A DNA stretch of 40,591 nt from a virus (taxonomy: Duplodnaviria; Caudoviricetes), in the IMG/VR virus record IMGVR_UViG_3300042347_001356, positions 1 through 40,591 of that record; one strand, 5' to 3'. Below, one piece after another: positions 34,413-40,591 of this stretch. Numbering within the stretch: position 1 is the first letter of the stretch; each line of letters opens with the position of its first letter. A program made the translations under genes and the position numbers. The notes below the pieces were generated by a model. That model was not told the origin of the DNA. It saw only the letters and a list, made by a program, of their open reading frames with translations, and did not search any database.

Positions 34413-35077
34413 TTGAACACCTCCTCCGTGCTATAAATCTCCACGCAGTCTCCCACTTGGCGCGTAAACGCAGTTCTGCCATCCGCTTTTGCGCTCTTGC
34501 TCAAGACCTCCGCAATGTCGGCAAAGTTAGCCATGGAAACTGGCAGTTTTATTCTGGCCATCACCACCTCCGAGCTGTCCGCTTCCTTTGCGGCTATCGC
34601 GACTTGTGCCGTTGCGGCCATTGCTTCGACCTCCGCACCACAAGTTGCAACCTCCGTAGCAGGCGTGTTATGAGCCACTAAATCATGTAGTTCGACCCAT
34701 TCTTTTAGCTCGATGATCCCGACCCAATCAGCGATCCGCCCATCCTCCCGAACCTTCAAAATGATGTAATCGCCATATCCGCTATCTCCGACACACAGCA
34801 ACCGATCCGGCACATAGTCACCAGCCCACTTGAAGAGCTTGTTCCCCTCCGAATCCGCCAGCCAGTAATCACCATCATCGCAGATTTTGTAGTGGATGTC
34901 CGCCGTCGTCCCCATCGGCCAACCGAGAATTTTCCCAGTCGCAAGCTCGATGGATGGCTTCCAGGAGTTCCCCTCGCGGCAAGGAATGAGCGAGCCCTCC
35001 GCATCAGAAACCCCATTAACCTCGGCATCCTCCCAATACCGCACCCGCGCATCGACCATTAAAAGAGAGGGACTCAT
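34409..35077 (-). CDS. mosaic hypothetical protein
   Basis: VRYWEDAEVNG...HYKICD...GYGDYI domain fused to the KADGRTA domain. Confidence 0.7.
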   Translation of the reverse strand: MSPSLLMVDARVRYWEDAEVNGVSDAEGSLIPCREGNSWKPSIELATGKILGWPMGTTADIHYKICDDGDYWLADSEGNKLFKWAGDYVPDRLLCVGDSGYGDYIILKVREDGRIADWVGIIELKEWVELHDLVAHNTPATEVATCGAEVEAMAATAQVAIAAKEADSSEVVMARIKLPVSMANFADIAEVLSKSAKADGRTAFTRQVGDCVEIYSTEEVFK

Positions 35078-35760
35078 TTCGACGCCTCCTTCACTTTGGC
35101 TACAGCCTCATCATGCAGCCGGGCGATTGGCGCTACATCCTCGATCCAACGCTCAAGCGTATCGATCGGCCACGAGAGGATAGCCTCCTTGCCCCCGACC
35201 TTCTTTTCCCAGCGATCCCAGCGATTGAGCATCCCTTGATAGCTCAAGATTCCGCTGCCCTGGCCGCTCATCATTTCGATTTGCTCCTTAGTCAGCACAC
35301 GCTTGGCCTCAATAGAACGCTTCAGAACCAATCCCGACATCTTATGCTTCACCGCCTTGGCCAGCCAATGCGCCTGCCAATCATACTCCAGCCCAGCAAC
35401 CACGAAATAATGCTCCGCCGAGAGCTTCGGATGCCGCAGCCCCCTCGGCACATCGCTCACAGCCCGCGCCCTCTTCACCAGCGCGAGATCAAACTCCATC
35501 TGCGCCAGCATCGCCTCCACCTCACGCTCCCAGCCATTGCTGCGAACGAAGGTAAAAAGATCCGCCAGCGCCACCGCGCCCGCCGTATCCCAAGCCTTGA
35601 ACGCCATCAGGATTTCCTTGACATTTTCCAATGTCGTCGTCTCCGGCAGATCCAGTCCTGTCGGAGTCCAGCGAGCTTTCGCCCCCTCCTCCACATCCTT
35701 ACCGCCGTCTGATACCGAGAGCGTCAGCTCCCATTCCAACTCATCTTGTGTATTGTTCAT
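35074..35760 (-). CDS. hypothetical protein, weakly LmbU-like
   Basis: WTPTGLDLPE, KLSAEHY, WLAKA. Confidence 0.6.
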   Translation of the reverse strand: MNNTQDELEWELTLSVSDGGKDVEEGAKARWTPTGLDLPETTTLENVKEILMAFKAWDTAGAVALADLFTFVRSNGWEREVEAMLAQMEFDLALVKRARAVSDVPRGLRHPKLSAEHYFVVAGLEYDWQAHWLAKAVKHKMSGLVLKRSIEAKRVLTKEQIEMMSGQGSGILSYQGMLNRWDRWEKKVGGKEAILSWPIDTLERWIEDVAPIARLHDEAVAKVKEASK

Positions 35761-35777
35761 GATTTTTTTATTTCTGC

Positions 35778-36896
35778 TTACACCCCGACTAGGGTGCATT
35801 TTTGGTTTCGCCAGTGTTTGGCTTTCTGAGCCTCGCTGTAGGCCCGACATTTTTCGGTGTCCCTCATATTGGACGCCGCAGGCAGGTTTAATTCCCTCTG
35901 CCAAAACTTTGCATTCTTGGAGATCGCAGCACGCGAAACAGCAATCCTGAGCGCGTATTCCTGCATCGTCCCGAGTCCGTGCGCGAGAGCGAGGTCTGCT
36001 GCATAAGCCAGTCCAGCCGCCGTCAGCTTCGTGTTCGCGCAATCAATGAATTCCGACAGGATGCGCTCAACCACCCGCATCTTGATTTTATCCGCCTTGC
36101 GTCCCGCGACCCTATTATGCCAAGCAAGGATTCCACGCACCTCGCCAGCGGGAAGCCATGGCTGAACTTCTAAAGCGTCAGAAAGCTCCAGCTCGCGACG
36201 CCAAAATTTGACGCTGCTCAAAATCCCGTGCCTCGACACAATGCAGGCCACATTTTTTGCAAGCGCGACCTCCTTCGCCTTCCTGACGAAATCCCGTACG
36301 CCCAAATCAAAATCTTCAGGCGTGCGCTTCTTAACAAGCCCATTGCGGAGAGCGAGGTCGATGTTCGCAAAAGCGAGTCCCGCTGTAGCCATCTCCGCAT
36401 TTTCAGAATCAAGAAAAACTCCCGCGATCCGAACGATCGCCCGCATCCTGATCTTCTCCGCTTTCTGCCCCGCAACCTTATTATGCCAATCCAGAATCCC
36501 CCAAGCCGCATCCAGCGTCACGCCGAGCGTCTCTGCCAGGAGTTCATGCGAAGGATTCCACATCCGCTCGTCCAATCTACACCCCATCACCAGATCCAGA
36601 GGCACGCCCAGCATCTCCGCCAGCAACTCAGGCGAAGGATCCTCAAATGTCCCATCCAGAACCTCAGTCACATTAGGGGTATAAGAGGCCGACACGCGCT
36701 CCGCCGCATCCGTCAACACGCCCAGCGACACACGCCGCGAGCTATGCGAACGCGGATCCTCGACATCAGGCACAGCCGCCGAACCCAGCGCCCTACGCTG
36801 AGCTGGGGTGAGATTTTTCTCGAACTCGTCAAAGGCCAGCACATACAAAGCCTCCTGACGGCGCTTGTGAGCGTGATACTCGTCGTCCACGCTCAT
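35778..36896 (-). CDS. hypothetical protein with internal duplication, possible regulator
   Basis: GILxWHNxVAGxKAxKI and KFWxREL occur twice; VSRAAISK HTH-like segment. Confidence 0.7.
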   Translation of the reverse strand: MSVDDEYHAHKRRQEALYVLAFDEFEKNLTPAQRRALGSAAVPDVEDPRSHSSRRVSLGVLTDAAERVSASYTPNVTEVLDGTFEDPSPELLAEMLGVPLDLVMGCRLDERMWNPSHELLAETLGVTLDAAWGILDWHNKVAGQKAEKIRMRAIVRIAGVFLDSENAEMATAGLAFANIDLALRNGLVKKRTPEDFDLGVRDFVRKAKEVALAKNVACIVSRHGILSSVKFWRRELELSDALEVQPWLPAGEVRGILAWHNRVAGRKADKIKMRVVERILSEFIDCANTKLTAAGLAYAADLALAHGLGTMQEYALRIAVSRAAISKNAKFWQRELNLPAASNMRDTEKCRAYSEAQKAKHWRNQKCTLVGV

Positions 36897-36905
36897 AAGG
36901 CCCTC

Positions 36906-37095
36906 CGTGTTACACTCGTGTTACACTCGCCTCGTAAGTAGCTGATTACAAGTGGCGGAGGAGGTGGGATTCGAACCCACGGGACTCTATAAAGGGAAAA
37001 AGACGGCCAATGATGACCGCAGAGGGTCTTTTTTACTGGGTCGTTACTTCTGTGGGACATAATTTGTTGATCGGATTTGTTACAGTGTTACACTG
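36906..37095. mobile_element. attP: tRNA 3'-end core flanked by TGTTACA arm-type repeats
   Basis: CGTGTTACACT x2 (36906-36927), TGTTACA x2 (37078-37093), adjacent integrase. Confidence 0.8.
36953..36982 (-). other. tRNA 3' fragment (probably Ser), att core; not a full tRNA
   Basis: - strand CCGTGGGTTCGAATCCCACCTCCTCCGCCA: T-arm plus CCA; no 5' half. Confidence 0.85.
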
Positions 37096-37100
37096 ACCTC

Positions 37101-38237
37101 ATGGCCTCGCTTTACACTCGCCCGAATTCCCCTTTCTGGTTTTTGAAACGGAAATTGCCTGGAGGTAAATGGGTGAGCAAATCGACGGGACTGAGGGCTG
37201 AAAGCGAGATTGAGACGGCTCAGGCGAAGGTTCTTTGTGCGCAGGCCGGACTTGCCGAGACGAACAACGAGCGGAAAAAGGACAAGGACTCGGGATGGGG
37301 CTGGGTAGAGGGCTGGCTGAATTCCAAGTGGGCGAATGAGGAGACCACCAAAAGAAACCTCGGTCGCTGGAAGCATATCGAGCACTGGCTCGCCCTGGCA
37401 GGCTTCTCGCACCCCAGCATGATCGAGTTCCGCCACGGCGCGCAATTTGTAGAGTGGCGAGAGGGACGCAAGGCGAGGCATCGCCTTTGTGGAAGAAATA
37501 CAGCCTTGGGCGACGCCAAGCTCCTCGGGCAGTTGATGGGAGTTGCCGTGCAACGCGGAATGGTGAAAGCAAACCCCATTCGAAAACTCGGCATCGCCAA
37601 GAACCCCGCTGCTGAAAAGCGAGAGATCACGGACGAGGAAATAACCCGCTGCATTCAAAACCTCGAAATTGAGCCCGACTGGATGAAGTTGGCGTTTTTT
37701 ATCGGCCTGCACACCGGCTGCCGCTTGAAAGAGACTTCTTTGACAATGAAACTGGTGGACTTCAAGAGAGGGACAATCACCTTCCCCTGCCCAAAGGGTG
37801 GGCGAAAAAAAGCTTTTACCCGCCCACTGCCAAGCGAACTCGATCCCATCTTGCGTCCGCTGACAGGGAAGGAAAGGAGCCATACACTTCCCGAGCATGC
37901 AAGCAGGAGCCTTGGCAGGTTTTTTAAGAGATGCGGAGTGGAGGGTGTGACCTTTCATAATCTCAGGGTCAGCTATGTGACGAGATTGCATCGAGCAGGC
38001 GTGCCGCTTTCGGCGGCAATGCGGCTGGTGAACCACTCGTCAGAGATTGTTCATGAGATTTACAACCGGCTGTCGGTTGATGATGTGATGCCTTGGAGGG
38101 ATGTGAAGCTTTGGCCTTCCACCAGCGAAAAAAATCCTGCTTCATCAAAAGCCGCCCGACCCTCGGGAAAGTCTCGTCCGCAGCCCACCGCAAGGCCGTC
38201 TTATAAGACACGCCCTGGATCTCGGAAAGCTCCTTGA
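37101..38237 (+). CDS. int: tyrosine integrase
   Basis: HTGCRLKE, FHNLR, VNHS, IY catalytic residues; next to attP. Confidence 0.9.
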   Translation: MASLYTRPNSPFWFLKRKLPGGKWVSKSTGLRAESEIETAQAKVLCAQAGLAETNNERKKDKDSGWGWVEGWLNSKWANEETTKRNLGRWKHIEHWLALAGFSHPSMIEFRHGAQFVEWREGRKARHRLCGRNTALGDAKLLGQLMGVAVQRGMVKANPIRKLGIAKNPAAEKREITDEEITRCIQNLEIEPDWMKLAFFIGLHTGCRLKETSLTMKLVDFKRGTITFPCPKGGRKKAFTRPLPSELDPILRPLTGKERSHTLPEHASRSLGRFFKRCGVEGVTFHNLRVSYVTRLHRAGVPLSAAMRLVNHSSEIVHEIYNRLSVDDVMPWRDVKLWPSTSEKNPASSKAARPSGKSRPQPTARPSYKTRPGSRKAP

Positions 38238-38280
38238 GATTTACAGGAAGACCAGCATCCCACTTTTCAGAGAGAGTCAT
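37969..38280 (-). CDS. excisionase-like HTH protein
   Basis: NLKELSEIQGVSYKTALRW...FP; ATGA-coupled to the RHH gene. Confidence 0.6.
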   Translation of the reverse strand: MTLSEKWDAGLPVNLKELSEIQGVSYKTALRWAADETFPRVGRLLMKQDFFRWWKAKASHPSKASHHQPTAGCKSHEQSLTSGSPAALPPKAARLLDAISSHS

Positions 38281-38432
38281 TTCTTTTTTCGCTCCTCTTT
38301 GTTTTTGAGTTCTTGGAGGGCGTGGGCGACGACGCGGCTCACGGGGACTTCGATGCCGCCGTTTTTGCAGCGGCTTTTGACCCAGTTGTGAAGTTCGAGG
38401 GGAAGCGAGACATTGAGCGCTTTGTAGTTCAT
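38277..38432 (-). CDS. ribbon-helix-helix regulator (51 aa)
   Basis: ALNVSLPLELHNWVK...VSRVVAHAL. Confidence 0.7.
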   Translation of the reverse strand: MNYKALNVSLPLELHNWVKSRCKNGGIEVPVSRVVAHALQELKNKEERKKK

Positions 38433-38606
38433 GTGAAATTTGACGCTGACAATCATTTCATCGCTGAAAGTGATTTCAACACTAAAATAAAAAAAGTTTT
38501 TTTTCGTGCTTTTTCTATTGACATCGGCTCTGGGAGCGGGTTTGCGGGTGGGTGGGTGATGGCCCCATGTTGCCATTACTGGCATTGCTGATAGTGTTTT
38601 TATCAA

Positions 38607-38921
38607 ATGAAAAAGAAACCACCCGGCCAGAAAAGCGTTGTCACGGGAGTGTCGCTGCCGCCCGATTTGGACGCTTGGGCGAAGAATTACGCGAGGCGCT
38701 CCACGGGAGATCCGACGCTGAAATCCAGCTTCAGTCTGGTGGTGCAGCAGGCCTTGCACGAGTTCAGGGCGCGCGTGGAGGGAAAAGCGCAGAGCACCGA
38801 GACGGGAGCGGAGTGGGCCGTAAATGTTGGTGCGGGGACTATCAATCCATCCGCGACTTCCGCCACTTCGTCCTCAACGGTTGGGACGGGCCGCTCCCGG
38901 AGGGTTGGGTCGGCGAGGTGA
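38607..38921 (+). CDS. ribbon-helix-helix regulator
   Basis: VTGVSLPPDLDAWAK...SFSLVVQQAL; divergent from 38432. Confidence 0.65.
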   Translation: MKKKPPGQKSVVTGVSLPPDLDAWAKNYARRSTGDPTLKSSFSLVVQQALHEFRARVEGKAQSTETGAEWAVNVGAGTINPSATSATSSSTVGTGRSRRVGSAR

Positions 38922-38995
38922 TTGATCTGACCGCAGCCGATGCCGAGTGCCTGCAGAGGTAGATTTTATCGGCCTCTGCGCGTGTCAAGCACTTT

Positions 38996-39580
38996 TTATG
39001 CCCTCGGCCGCGTGGCTTCGTGGTGCATGCTGTCGTAGCCCCAGAACGCTCCGGCGCTTTGCCAACCTTCTTTGGCGAACTCTTCCATAATGGAGAGCGG
39101 CATATCGGCCACAAGCGGCCATGGATCGCGGAAGGTGTTGTCATCCGCATCGAGATCGATCGCGGCTCCCCAGGAGTGGACGGAGAGCGAGGTGCCTCCC
39201 CGTTTGTTTCGGAAATTGTAGCAGCCGCCGTAGTCCTCGGCGGGCTCCATGATCTCGCGCGTGCCTGCCCCGCGCTCGCCGATGGCGGTGAGGATGCGCA
39301 GGAGCGAGGCGGCGACTTTTTTGTGGCATCGGGATTTGGTGACGCGCTTCCCGCCGTAGAACATGGGAAAAGGGAACTCGATTGTGACGAGGTTGCCCTC
39401 ATCCCCCGGCTCGCCGTAGAACTCACGCAGCCCCTCGCGGGTCGAGAATGGCCAGGGATTCGGCGTCGGCATGAGGCTCTTGAGATGCTCGCGGCATCGG
39501 GCCTGCGACTTCGGCCCCCAGAAGCCATCGGCCGTGACCCCGATCGTGCGCTGCATGCGCTGGATTTGTTCGGTTGTCAT
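38996..39580 (-). CDS. endolysin, peptidase M15 family
   Basis: GVTADGFWGPKS binding motif; YNFR, SVHSWGAAID, DSMHHE. Confidence 0.88.
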   Translation of the reverse strand: MTTEQIQRMQRTIGVTADGFWGPKSQARCREHLKSLMPTPNPWPFSTREGLREFYGEPGDEGNLVTIEFPFPMFYGGKRVTKSRCHKKVAASLLRILTAIGERGAGTREIMEPAEDYGGCYNFRNKRGGTSLSVHSWGAAIDLDADDNTFRDPWPLVADMPLSIMEEFAKEGWQSAGAFWGYDSMHHEATRPRA

Positions 39581-39650
39581 CGGGTGAGAAAGGCGAGAGC
39601 CAGGAATACAAAGGAAATGATAATGAGCCCGAGAGCGATATGACCTGGTT

Positions 39651-40055
39651 TCATTTGGCGACTCCGCGTATTTTTTCAATGGTGCGATAGCCGCCGATCC
39701 CAAGCATGGCGAAGAGCAAGCTCATGAGCATCTCGCTGGGCAATGCAATGACGGGCGCGGGCTGCTTTGTAGCGAGCGTGTAGGCGAATGAAAAGACAGG
39801 CTGGCCGATACCCATCCACGCAAAGGCAAGCGCCCCTGCCCACCCGCAGGCGGGTCGCCAGCCGCTCACGAAGAGCGAAGAGCTTTGAGCTTCGACCTTA
39901 TTGGTCTCGCTTTGCTGTTGCGCTTCGGCAGCCGCGATTTCAAGCACCTTGAGATTCCACTGCTCTTTCGCCCTATTTTTTGCGTCGGTGTCGGGCACAA
40001 ACTTTTCGATCAAATCGATGCCGCTTTTGATTGCGGCTGGCACATCCCAAGTCAT
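39651..40055 (-). CDS. holin (3TM, GTA-type)
   Basis: NKVEAQSSSLFVSGWRPACGW...MLGIGGYRTIEK. Confidence 0.85.
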   Translation of the reverse strand: MTWDVPAAIKSGIDLIEKFVPDTDAKNRAKEQWNLKVLEIAAAEAQQQSETNKVEAQSSSLFVSGWRPACGWAGALAFAWMGIGQPVFSFAYTLATKQPAPVIALPSEMLMSLLFAMLGIGGYRTIEKIRGVAK

Positions 40056-40303
40056 CGCGCCCCCCCCCTTTCGAGTGTGCGAATACGATTTTCGTGATCG
40101 TTCAAAATGTTATCGTGGCGAGCATCGGTGACTGCGTTCTGCTCCATGCGTATCAGCACAGCCTCGATCTTCTCGATTCGCGTGTTTGCCGCCGTAAACT
40201 CCTCCTTTGTAACGAATTTTGTGCCAAGGAGCGCGACGGCAAGAAGCGCGATAGTGGACGCCACTTTTAGCCCGACATCAAAGTATTTGGCGAGGTCGTT
40301 CAT
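40052..40303 (-). CDS. small membrane/coiled-coil lysis-region protein
   Basis: One hydrophobic helix; DHENRIRTLE. Confidence 0.7.
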   Translation of the reverse strand: MNDLAKYFDVGLKVASTIALLAVALLGTKFVTKEEFTAANTRIEKIEAVLIRMEQNAVTDARHDNILNDHENRIRTLERGGAR

Positions 40304-40491
40304 TGCTCAGAAGATATTTTTAAAAAAGCTCTTGCTTCAGTCTCGGAATCAAACCAATACCACCCATCGACGGGGTATGTATGTTGTTCGTGCGTTTCTT
40401 TGCGGAGTTCGTAATTTTTATTAAGCACAAAATTTGGCCCGTAAATCAACTCGCCGTTTTCGTTTTTGTAAAATCCAGATGTGTCTTCCAT
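40300..40491 (-). CDS. hypothetical protein
   Basis: SGFYK...YPVDGWYWFDSE. Confidence 0.7.
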   Translation of the reverse strand: MEDTSGFYKNENGELIYGPNFVLNKNYELRKETHEQHTYPVDGWYWFDSETEARAFLKISSEQ

Positions 40492-40497
40492 AAAAAA

Positions 40498-40590
40498 TTA
40501 TCTTACAACAGTCCAATTTTTTGCTGTTGCAATTGCAGGGTTGTCGGTCGCTATGCCGTAGTTGCCCGTGACAGTTATAGTTTGTGTTGG
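40498..40590 (-). CDS. C-terminus of a gene running off the window (possible tail/surface protein)
   Basis: PTQTITVTGNYGIATDNPAIATAKNWTVVR*. Confidence 0.55.
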   Translation of the reverse strand, partial: PTQTITVTGNYGIATDNPAIATAKNWTVVR

Positions 40591-40591
40591 T

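Noticed and set aside
36953-36982. Functional tRNA gene
   Set aside because: Only the T-arm and 3' acceptor strand are present.
25229-38036. Long shadow ORFs 25229-26488, 31621-32538 and 37080-38036
   Set aside because: Antisense to terminase, primase and integrase, which carry clear motifs.

Overview
This window looks like part of a temperate tailed-phage genome in circular (attP) configuration. The host is possibly PVC/Verrucomicrobia, which is a weak inference. A + strand accessory arm (1-24.35 kb) holds about 50 mostly small genes, including a beta-clamp homologue, a DUF3150/DUF1257/DUF2997/Ycf46-type AAA module, DUF2958, a minimal ATP-dependent ligase and an SNF2-like helicase. This arm is punctuated by 12 copies of a 23-bp palindrome and by heptamer-repeat leaders. 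It converges on a - strand arm with lambda-type terminase genes, a CHC2/Toprim primase and an apparently split P-loop helicase. Next come a tRNA-3'-end attP, a tyrosine integrase, an Xis-like gene, a divergent ribbon-helix-helix pair and a holin/M15 endolysin cassette. The standout locus is 11.45-14.43 kb. A retron-type reverse transcriptase (NAxxH, YADD, VTG) lies directly behind a TGT/DpdA-like gene. Upstream is a non-coding array of four ~120-nt units, each a different long hairpin with an invariant CYACCCAACCCC loop followed by a conserved repeat. That repeat is complementary to one upstream anti-repeat with retron-like G:G branch geometry. This suggests a phage retron with one msr and an array of msd templates. 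All family assignments come from visual motif recognition; no database searches were run.
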